From: Candidatus Melainabacteria bacterium 17Bon1m | Lineage (GTDB): Bacteria > Cyanobacteriota > Vampirovibrionia > Obscuribacterales > Obscuribacteraceae | Assembly: GCA_032128875.1 (NCBI GenBank) | Contig: JAVLKG010000009.1 | Location: 64,001 to 128,000, forward strand | Length of the DNA stretch: 64,000 bases | Direction: 5' to 3' | Shown here: one piece after another, positions 10,481 through 19,400 of the stretch | Numbering within the stretch: position 1 is the stretch's first letter | Layout of the letters: each line of letters starts with the position of its first letter | Position numbers and translations under genes: made by a program | Notes under the pieces: model-generated | The model's database searches: none | Told to the model about the DNA's origin: nothing | Seen by the model: the letters and a program-made list of their open reading frames with translations, nothing else

Positions 10481-11359
10481 GTGACTTCAGCAGACGGAAC
10501 CCAGATCAAACCATCCAAGCCAGAGTGGCTCAAAGTCAAGCTTCCCACGGGAGCTGGCTATAAGAACGTCAAAAGTTTGATCGAAGAACACGACCTGCAC
10601 ACGGTCTGTGAGTCCGCCGCCTGCCCCAATCGCGGCGAATGCTGGTCGCGATCCACAGCCACCTTCATGATCCTCGGCAACATTTGCACCCGCAGCTGTG
10701 GCTTCTGCAACGTCATTACCGGCAAGCCCACCGAGCTAGACCTCGACGAACCGCGCCGCGTCGCGCAAGCTGTCAGCAAGCTCAACCTCAAATATGCAGT
10801 CATCACCTCGGTCAATCGCGACGAGCTGAAAGATGGCGGTGCTTCAGTCTGGGCCGAGACCATCCGCGAGTGCCGCGCTGCCAGCCCTGAAACAAAGATA
10901 GAAGTTTTGATACCCGACTTCTGCGGAAATTGGGATGCGCTGCAGACAGTCCTCGATGCGCGCCCCGATGTTCTCAACCACAATATTGAAACTGTGCCGC
11001 GTCTCTATTTGCAAGTTCGCCCTCAGGGGAAATTCGAGCGCAGTTTGGAATTGCTTAGACGCGCTAAAGATTTCGGTATGACTACTAAGTCCGGATTGAT
11101 GATGGGCTTGGGTGAAACTGACGAAGAAGTGATTGAAGTATTGAAAGAGTGGCGCAAAGTCGATTGCGATCTTGTCACTCTGGGCCAGTACATGCAACCA
11201 ACGATGAACCACTTGCCAGTCGCACGCTGGGTTCACCCGGATATCTTCAAACGCATGCACGACATCGGCATGGAGATGGGCTTCGTCAATGTCTTCTCTG
11301 GTCCGCTAGTTCGCTCCAGCTACCACGCCGAAGAACAAGCCGCTTCAGTCGTTTCGTGA
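10481..11359 (+). CDS. lipA: Lipoyl synthase
   Basis: CESAACPNRGEC and CTRSCGFC clusters plus C-terminal RSSY; divergent from the dehydrogenase operon. Confidence 0.97.
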   Translation: MTSADGTQIKPSKPEWLKVKLPTGAGYKNVKSLIEEHDLHTVCESAACPNRGECWSRSTATFMILGNICTRSCGFCNVITGKPTELDLDEPRRVAQAVSKLNLKYAVITSVNRDELKDGGASVWAETIRECRAASPETKIEVLIPDFCGNWDALQTVLDARPDVLNHNIETVPRLYLQVRPQGKFERSLELLRRAKDFGMTTKSGLMMGLGETDEEVIEVLKEWRKVDCDLVTLGQYMQPTMNHLPVARWVHPDIFKRMHDIGMEMGFVNVFSGPLVRSSYHAEEQAASVVS

Positions 11360-11571
11360 CCACGGTTATCTATGTTTGTTTGTTAGATGAAGGAACAGAC
11401 TGCTGGCGTCCTGTAAATGCCTTGCACCAAAGAGAAAGCGTCTACTTGATTGTTGAAGAAAACAATACAGATGGCGATGAGATCTGGCAGTTTTCGAAAG
11501 GCGATCTAGTGCGGTGCGAATTGCGAAAACTGAGCGGCGGCGAACATCTTGTTGCTGTCGAAAAGCTTTAG
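11356..11571 (+). CDS. Small hypothetical protein (71 aa, IYVCLLDEGTDCWRPV)
   Basis: GTG start overlaps the lipA stop (GTGA). The ORF-track N-terminal extension lies inside lipA and is discarded. Confidence 0.7.
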   Translation: MTTVIYVCLLDEGTDCWRPVNALHQRESVYLIVEENNTDGDEIWQFSKGDLVRCELRKLSGGEHLVAVEKL

Positions 11572-12590
11572 TAAAAACTGTATTTAGCTGCCCAATAAGG
11601 TGGCGGAAAGGCTAAGTCTATTTCTATGGTTTTAGTGACAGATGTGCGTTTTGAAAATGACGGAAATGGGTTTAGCGGTTTTTCCAATCTGCTTGTGATT
11701 TCGTCTAATACAATTTGATCAAACTTAGGATTGCTGCTGCTTTTGCGCAAGGTAATATTCCTTACTTTTCCTTGATTCGATACGACGAAACTAACTTTGC
11801 AAGGCAGTGGAATGTCTGGTTTCTTTACTCCATCCTGTCCGCACCGTTTGCTCACTGCGCTGTAAATTTCATCGTCCAGAGCAAGCGACCATCTCCACCA
11901 TTTGTAGCCATAACCTTCGTCGGGATCAGGATTGGGCAAGACATCACTGATGCTTTCCACCGTCATGAAGTCTTTGTGGCTGCGCCGCTTCTCGATGCTG
12001 GAATTTAGCTGTGTAATCTGCCGTTCCATTTCCTTTTCTTTTGATTTGTCTGAATTCTTGTAGACATAAAATTCGCAGCTTCCATCCATAAATTTGGTCC
12101 ATGACTTGCCTGTGCACTCTTCTGCATTTGCCATGATAGGCTCTAAAATTGCTCGTTTCCCAACCGAATGTCTTCTGCTTGCTATCGGAAACAAAAGCAA
12201 GAATTTTCCTGACATGCTTTTAGCTGATTCAACTGCAAGTGCATCAAATTTTTCGTTGAAACTACTTTTCTCCACCATGGCGCACACAACTTTTCCGTTA
12301 GCAACGAGAAACCATAATTTTGCATCAGAAGGAATTCTTCCAATTGGCTCGGGAAGCGCGCGAATCCGTTGCTCCAGATCGCTGCGCAGGTAATCATCGA
12401 TAGTTCGACTCCATCGCCTCCACTCGTTGTCTAGCGGAGTTATATAGCGATCAAAATCAAAACCGTCGGCTGAACTAACATCTGCGCAACCTCCATTCAA
12501 ATACGCCTGAGCCGCTGCTGGAGATTCGTTAATTAGCATCATCGAGATCAATATTAGATGTCGATGAGCAGATAACCTCGTCTTTCTCAT
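11568..12590 (-). CDS. Exported protein with two TonB C-terminal-like domains
   Basis: Signal-peptide-like N-terminus. Two repeats, F.V..GKV....V.KSS.N.KFD and FVVSNQGKVRNITLRKSSSNPKFD, each followed by FP..S.R.SV. Confidence 0.7.
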   Translation of the reverse strand: MRKTRLSAHRHLILISMMLINESPAAAQAYLNGGCADVSSADGFDFDRYITPLDNEWRRWSRTIDDYLRSDLEQRIRALPEPIGRIPSDAKLWFLVANGKVVCAMVEKSSFNEKFDALAVESAKSMSGKFLLLFPIASRRHSVGKRAILEPIMANAEECTGKSWTKFMDGSCEFYVYKNSDKSKEKEMERQITQLNSSIEKRRSHKDFMTVESISDVLPNPDPDEGYGYKWWRWSLALDDEIYSAVSKRCGQDGVKKPDIPLPCKVSFVVSNQGKVRNITLRKSSSNPKFDQIVLDEITSRLEKPLNPFPSFSKRTSVTKTIEIDLAFPPPYWAAKYSFY

Positions 12591-12596
12591 TCTGTC

Positions 12597-13220
12597 TTAC
12601 TTCGCGGCAGGGTTCGGCTCCTGTTGCTTTTGCTCACGCGGTGCGAATATTGGTATGTCGCGCTGGGGCGAATCGAAATCACCAGTGTACGGACTAAACC
12701 TGCTGCGGAATTCTCTATTGAACAGTGGATTTGTACTTCCTTCTGGTCCATACAGATTCCATGGACGTCCACCAGCCTCTGGCGATAACGGTACAAATTG
12801 TGCGGATCCCTCACCACCCCATGCTGGCGGCAACTTTCCATTTCCACGTTCATATGGTCTTACGTCGAACCCGTGCAATTTGTTGCACTTGCCTTTCAGA
12901 AAATCGTCGACAGAGCTGCCATTGCACCCTGGATCTTCAGAACTGTTGAGTTTGACCGGAACTAGACCCTTTTGCGAGAGCCCTCGCTCGATGCTATTGA
13001 TGGGTGTGAACTCAATGAATGGCGAAATTGAGTAAGTTTTTGCTATCTCCTGATTGAGCAAAGAGCCAGGCGGATCAATGCCGAAAAGACTGTTGGTGCG
13101 CCCCTGTAAAAACTCCGTTGTTGCACTACCGTTCATACGGGAAGCAGTCTCGGCGGCAACAGCAACAATGGGACAAAATAGCAAAGATCCTACAGCAAAA
13201 GCGACAGCCAATTTAAGCAT
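12597..13220 (-). CDS. Secreted hypothetical protein
   Basis: Signal peptide MLKLAVAFAVGSLLFCPIVAVAA; GAGG upstream; 6 bp from the next gene. Confidence 0.7.
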   Translation of the reverse strand: MLKLAVAFAVGSLLFCPIVAVAAETASRMNGSATTEFLQGRTNSLFGIDPPGSLLNQEIAKTYSISPFIEFTPINSIERGLSQKGLVPVKLNSSEDPGCNGSSVDDFLKGKCNKLHGFDVRPYERGNGKLPPAWGGEGSAQFVPLSPEAGGRPWNLYGPEGSTNPLFNREFRSRFSPYTGDFDSPQRDIPIFAPREQKQQEPNPAAK

Positions 13221-13442
13221 CGACAGTTTCCTCGGAGCGTCTGTGAAAATTTGAGCTTAACCAGGATACCGGTGGGATTTCTTTCGATATATGGGTTATT
13301 CCCTGAAGTTTCTGTTGCTATTTTAGTAAAAGAGAATCAGTCGGAAACCTTGCCTGTTGGCGCTAGTCATTCTAATTGCAGCCTGACGGTGTGCCAAACT
13401 GGAACTGTCTAATTAAGCAGATCCACTCGCGAGGAAGTTTTC

Positions 13443-13970
13443 GTGAAAACCAGGAAAGCTCTCGCACTGTTTACCATCGGGCATTCGACGCGCTCAGTTG
13501 CCGAGTTCGTCGAGTTGCTGAAATTAAACGAAATAGAGCTGTTAGTCGACGTTCGCACTGTGCCGAAGTCGCGAACCAACCCGCAATTCAACAAAGACAC
13601 CTTTGGCGATGATCTCGAAAAGGCAGGAATCGAATATTTGCATATGACAGATCTCGGCGGTTTGCGCCATGCTAAAAGAGACTCGAAGAACACTGTGTGG
13701 GAAAACGCTTCATTCCGGGGTTATGCAGACTACATGGAGACTGAGGAATTCCGCAATGCAGTGAAGGATTTATTGAAACTCGCTGAAAAGAAACGGCTGG
13801 CAATCATGTGTTCCGAAGCTGTTTGGTGGCGGTGCCATCGCTCGATGATCGCAGACGAATTGGTAGCCGAAGGTTTCGAAGTGCGCCACATCATGGGCGA
13901 CAAAAAGCCCGCTGAGCACAAGCTTCGCTCATTCGCTCACGTTGCGCGCGGGCATGTTTCCTATAGATGA
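13443..13970 (+). CDS. DUF488 family protein
   Basis: FTIGHSTR, LVDVRTVPKSR.NPQFN, LGGLR and CSEAVWWRCHRS motifs. Confidence 0.92.
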   Translation: MKTRKALALFTIGHSTRSVAEFVELLKLNEIELLVDVRTVPKSRTNPQFNKDTFGDDLEKAGIEYLHMTDLGGLRHAKRDSKNTVWENASFRGYADYMETEEFRNAVKDLLKLAEKKRLAIMCSEAVWWRCHRSMIADELVAEGFEVRHIMGDKKPAEHKLRSFAHVARGHVSYR

Positions 13971-13982
13971 TCTTCTAATCTC

Positions 13983-14900
13983 TCAGCGAATCTCTTCAAC
14001 GCTCTCTGCAATTCCGCGCATGTAGCTCTCAACTTTCTCCACATCCCACTTGCTGAACGGGGACTTCCGCATTGCGAGCAGGTCATTGATTTGGTGCTGA
14101 ATGTCCTGTCTAATGTTGTGCGCGATTTGCGTGGTGAGGTTGTAATCTTCTGCGTTTTCCGGTGCGTAGTCGAGCTTGAATGGCTTGCCTACACAAATAA
14201 GTAGTTTTACCGGCAGTGGGATAGCGTTGAATGGAAATGGCAGCAGTGGATAAAAAGGGGTCACAGGCCAATACGGCGCACCCATCAGGTCGGCAACAGG
14301 TTTTAAATTCGCAAGAAGGGGATAGATTTCATCGCCCCCGATGGTGATGACCGGTACAAGCGGAGAATTAGTTTCAATCGCAGCTCTCACGAAGCCTTGA
14401 TGAAACTCTTGAAGGCGATAGCGATCCTTAAATAACTTTCCCGTCCCTGCTTCCGCTTCGGGATAGAAGCAGACTAATTCTTCTGTTTCAAGTAATCTCT
14501 TCGAAAGTTCGTAGTCAGCGGCGACTCCTCCGAAGCCTCGAATGACTGTGCCCAATACGGGCGACTTTCGAATGAATTCGTTGACCAAAAACCTAATTCT
14601 TCGAGGATCAGGATGATGATTGAGAATCCCGTCATAAAGCATCATTCCGTCTACAGGAAGGACGCCTGAATGATTGCCGAAGAGCACAGCGCGCCCTTCT
14701 GCAGGAATGTTTTCCAACCCAACCATTGTTACGCCGAACCACTTTTCATAGAGAAAGCGAAACAGCACTTCGCTCTGTTTGCACTTATTGAGGTCGAACC
14801 CGAAGCTGTCCTCGTCATCGCGATATCGGGCGAAAAACTTGTCGCGCGGAGTGACTTCGTTTTGAGTTTCGGGCTGTGAATTTTGTTCCGCTGCCTGCAT
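13983..14900 (-). CDS. Lysophospholipid acyltransferase family protein (PlsC/MGAT-like)
   Basis: GNHSGVLPVD catalytic block, FYPEAEAG block, GFVRAAI..PLVPV. Confidence 0.88.
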   Translation of the reverse strand: MQAAEQNSQPETQNEVTPRDKFFARYRDDEDSFGFDLNKCKQSEVLFRFLYEKWFGVTMVGLENIPAEGRAVLFGNHSGVLPVDGMMLYDGILNHHPDPRRIRFLVNEFIRKSPVLGTVIRGFGGVAADYELSKRLLETEELVCFYPEAEAGTGKLFKDRYRLQEFHQGFVRAAIETNSPLVPVITIGGDEIYPLLANLKPVADLMGAPYWPVTPFYPLLPFPFNAIPLPVKLLICVGKPFKLDYAPENAEDYNLTTQIAHNIRQDIQHQINDLLAMRKSPFSKWDVEKVESYMRGIAESVEEIR

Positions 14901-15048
14901 ATATCCTGATTTTACGATTGAATTTGGATTTCCGAAAAGGAAAAATAGTTGATTGAGCGATACCTATGGATTGGATAGGCTTCCTATTTGTTCCAAGTCT
15001 GGGCAATATTAATGAACCCGGCGCTCAAAAGCGTCAAATCGAAGTGGT

Positions 15049-16155
15049 CTAAGCGGCCAGCGGAAGGCGAACGGTGAAAGTTGTGCCTTTGCTTTCTTCT
15101 GCTTCGCAGGAGATTGTTCCTTTATGCGCTTCTATTATTTGCTGGCACAGATAAAGCCCCAGCCCTGTGCCTGAATTAGTAGCGCGCGTTATGCGGCTGC
15201 GCCAAAAACGTTGAAAGACGTAAGGGTGTTCTTCTTTTGGAATTCCCGGACCGCTGTCCGAAACCTGCAAAAGAACCTCATGCCTATCTTGTTTTTCCAG
15301 CTTTACCAGGATAGTGCCACCGTCAGGCACAAACTTGATTGCGTTTCCGATTAGATTGTCCAAGACGCGAGTGATTGAGCATTTGTCTGCGCGTACATGA
15401 ACTTCCTCATTGGAGAGTTCTGCACTTAATGTGATGCCTCGATCTTCGATTAGTGGAAGAAGTCCGCGCAAATGCTTTGCTGTAATTGCACGCATATCGA
15501 TGACTTCGAGACTGATGTCGTGTATTTCTTTTTCATTGCGGTAAACATCGAGGAAATTGCAAATCATCTCGAGCAGCACATCATTGCTGTTCTTCACTGC
15601 TCCAAGAATTTCTATCTGCTGATCGCTCAAGCTGCCGAGCTTTTGATTGACCAGTAATTCAAGTATGCGATTAGATCCAATGATCGGGTTTTTTAAATCA
15701 TGCGTGAGCGTAGCCATGAAGTCTTCTCGCTCCTCGTATGTTCGCAGGCGCTCGGACTCTGCCGTCTTCATCTTTAATCTGGCACGCGCGCGTGAAAGGG
15801 CGCGGCGGAGGACTGTCGGAGTGACTTCCTCTTTCAGTAAATACTCCTGCGCGCCGAGTTCAATCGCTTCTTCTACCTCATCAATCGCGGACAGAACAAC
15901 GATGGGAATTGCCGGCGCGCAATTCCTCACGGCGACTAAGGTATCCAGTCCATGACTGTCCGAAAGGGTGAGGTCGAGCAAAATAGCGTCGAAATCTTTT
16001 TCCGCAAGTTTTAGCAACCCGGAGGCTAATGAGGTAGCCACCACAGCATCTACAGGAATAGCGTTCAACATCGACTTTATCGCTAGAGCTTGCGCCCGTG
16101 AGTCTTCAATTAATAAAACCGAAGGTGCCGAGTTTTCCAATTCCTGTAGCGACAT
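15049..16155 (-). CDS. Hybrid response regulator / sensor histidine kinase (REC-HisKA-HATPase)
   Basis: REC motifs LLIEDS, LLDLTL and YLLK; H-box THDLKNP; NAIKF, DSGPGI and GTGLGL boxes; no TM segment. Confidence 0.93.
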   Translation of the reverse strand: MSLQELENSAPSVLLIEDSRAQALAIKSMLNAIPVDAVVATSLASGLLKLAEKDFDAILLDLTLSDSHGLDTLVAVRNCAPAIPIVVLSAIDEVEEAIELGAQEYLLKEEVTPTVLRRALSRARARLKMKTAESERLRTYEEREDFMATLTHDLKNPIIGSNRILELLVNQKLGSLSDQQIEILGAVKNSNDVLLEMICNFLDVYRNEKEIHDISLEVIDMRAITAKHLRGLLPLIEDRGITLSAELSNEEVHVRADKCSITRVLDNLIGNAIKFVPDGGTILVKLEKQDRHEVLLQVSDSGPGIPKEEHPYVFQRFWRSRITRATNSGTGLGLYLCQQIIEAHKGTISCEAEESKGTTFTVRLPLAA

Positions 16156-16419
16156 GGTTATACCAGGGGGGGAGGGTCAAAAGTCACCGGGTCGCCGCAA
16201 CTGTAAGAGCCCGCCAGTAAACGAAAGTTCCCACCAGGATACCTTAACTTTGGCTAGCGGGAAAATGTTAACGACTGGATACAGCCGCAGATTTGCGCAA
16301 GCACCTGATTTCTAGTGTGCTAACACTTTGAAAATTTTTTGCTCGTAGACGAATATTAGTCGTAACGAAAACGCCTCTTTCGCGATGAAAGTTTGTGCCC
16401 AATGAATTATTTCGTCCAG

Positions 16420-19400
16420 CTAAATGAGGATTGCCACAGCAAAAACGCCGTCGAATTCGTCCCTTTCGAATACAGTCAGTTGGAATTCTTGTCCTGTGAT
16501 TTTGCTTGGGGATAGAACAGATGCGACCCAACCGTCATTATTTCGTTGCATGCTCTGGACTGTCCATTTTGTAGGATTGCCACCAATGCCGGTGCCGCAT
16601 GCTTTTGCAGACGCTTCCTTTGCTGCCCAGATTCGTGTCAAAATCTGATTGCGGGCATCTGCTGTTACACCGCTCAGAAAGTGCTTCTCATCGTCATTTA
16701 GTATCAAGCGCTCGATGCCTTCTTCCCTCACGGAATAAGGTTCGTAATCGATACCAATACCAAAATTGGAAGCGTTGCCTTTTACAAATCGAGCAATACC
16801 AATCGCGTATCCGTCTTTGTGTGTAATCGAGACTTGCGTCGAAATGCCACGCATCTGCAAGTAATGAGATTGCACGCAAGGTGCGCCGTTTTGAGCGGGA
16901 AGAACATTCAATTCTAGCGGCGGCAATGATGCTCCGAATGTCGTTTGATAAAGTCTGCGCATAGCATCTTTGGCAGCAATTCTTCCGAGCAGCCATTCGC
17001 GTTTGCGTTCTCTTCGTGTAATGAAATCGCCCATGTATTGCTGTTCTACGCCAGTGAGGAAATAGTCGGACAACCAAGTTGCGACCGTTTCATCATCTGG
17101 GATATCGCCGTTTTTGATATATGCCACACCGATCTCGGATGCGATTTGGGCAGGCAGGGACGGTGGATTCAATGGCGCGGCAACGAGATTTTGCCCTGGT
17201 TCTCTGACGAAGTCTTTCAACGTTTGCGACAGAGCAATTCTGCGGCTTGATATTGATTCGAACTCAGCTATCAGTTGACCATCAAGGGTGGAAATTTCCA
17301 CATCTGCTTCTGTGCCTCTGTCACTTATAGAGCGCAGTTTTGCAAAAACGCGTACATCTCCTTGCACTTCTCCCAAAGGTTTGTAGAGAGTAAGAGACTG
17401 AACGTGGAAGGGCAACAGCGCAGTGCAATTCTCTTGATGCTCGTACAAGTGGAAGAGGACCAGTTGTGTGGAATTGTCCAGCAAAAGCGGGTCTGCAATG
17501 AAAGGCGGGTTCATTCTCGTTGCATATGGAATTGTTTGACCAAACCAATCTTCTGCAACTCTGGAAGAAACAATGCCGGTAATCTCGCGTTTTCCCACGG
17601 ATTCTATTCGCACAACCGATTGCATGCGCGGTCCGTGGAACATGTTTCCTTCTACATATAATTGTTTTTCTGAAATAATCGGCGGTCGCCCGTCAGCCGG
17701 CGCAGGGTTTTTGGACATACCTGATGAGCGTTCTCTTCCGAGCACAATTTGCGCTGTCATGTCTGCGGTGTCCAGGCGATGCTGCCCGCTGTAGTGTTCA
17801 CCGCCGCCAGCCAGACTCAACCACTCATCTTGCCTAACAACCTTCAAACCTGCCGTAGTGCCTTTTGCCTCGCGTTTTGCAAAAACCAGCAACCATACAC
17901 CTTCTTGTCCAACACGAATACGGCGCATGGCCCGAATGTTTTCCACCGCGGTGACAATCTGACCACCGCTCACGAGCGATGCCGCCTCGCACATCATCTC
18001 GATTGCCACGGTCAATGGCAGGAGGTGTACCCGTTCGTCCTCGCTTTGAGGATTGTTCAAACTAGGTCCCATGCCAAAGCGCACTGGGCCACCAATTGCA
18101 TGGTCCTTCAAATAGCGATGAGAATCCAAAGTAAGAGGTAACAGAATTTCGATTTCATCAGGCGCGCAATTGATTATGTATGACGACTCCATGAATGCCG
18201 GCAGCCGGGAGAACATGTGACTCGTCAATTGATACGACCCTGGCATCAATGGCGGCGTTGTTTCAAAACCCGCAGGCGCAGTCGGATTTTGATTGCTATC
18301 GGTCACATCGTGCACGTCGTATTCGATGAGATTGGGATCTTTGTGCTCTTTTGTCGTGAAGAACTGCGAAAAGATTTGCGCTTGCACCTGCATGATATTG
18401 GTGTGAAAACTTTCGAGCGTCTTTATGTAGTTGTCCATAACCGCATCAATCACGGCAAATGGATCTTCTTCCAGTGGCTGCGCCTGTACTTCGGCCGGCT
18501 GGTCTGCCTGCGGCATTTCGCCTGGGTACGGGAGGTCTGGCGTATTGATATCTTCTGTGCGCGAGCTTGCGAAATATTCATTGGCGCGACTCGTATCATG
18601 CTGAATCGAGGGCAGGTTGGGGCGCTCAGAAAGCTCGATTTCTGGGTATTTCAAGGACAGATGCATGCTCGTCGATTTTGCCGGTTTGCTGTCCGGATTC
18701 AAATCTATGAGCTCTGCACGACGCGAGAAGAGATAGTCGAGCGTCAGTGGTACGGCGTGACAATAGAGGCTTGCAAGCGTGCGGTTGAGCTGCGTGATGC
18801 CTGATTCATTCTGCAAGTTAGACGCGATAGCGACATATTCTCTGCCTTCCAAGACCTCGTCTATAACAGGCGTCATGCCGCCACGCGGCCCGACTTCGAC
18901 AAAGATGCGAGTGCCTTCGTCGTGCATCGCTCGGATGGTTTTTTTGAAGTGAATCGGGTGCGTGAAGAGTTCGGTAGTGATTTTGCGAATCGCTTCAGTG
19001 TCGTCAGGATACTTGTCGATAAGCGAGCATGCCCAAGTTGGAATTTTGGGTTTGGAAACAGTCACAGCCTTCACTGCATCGTCGCCGGCGCTGACTTTCC
19101 CTTCGACCAGAGGTGTGTGATAAGGAATGGCAATCGGTAAAGGCAGAACTTCGTAGCCTGCTTCTTGAATGGCTTTCTTGGCAGCGACGATAGCGTCTAC
19201 TGTTCCTGAGAGCAGCATTTGTTTCGGTGACAAGTCTGCGCCCAGATAGACTGTATGTGGCAATGATTTGATGATGGGCTCAATTTTGTCCCAGTCGCCT
19301 GTCACTTTGATAGAACGCAATTTTGCCAGCTCTGCGATTGGCACGGCATTGGCGACGCCTGTGCTGAGACGGTAGAAGACTGGCGCTGTCTCCAATACAT

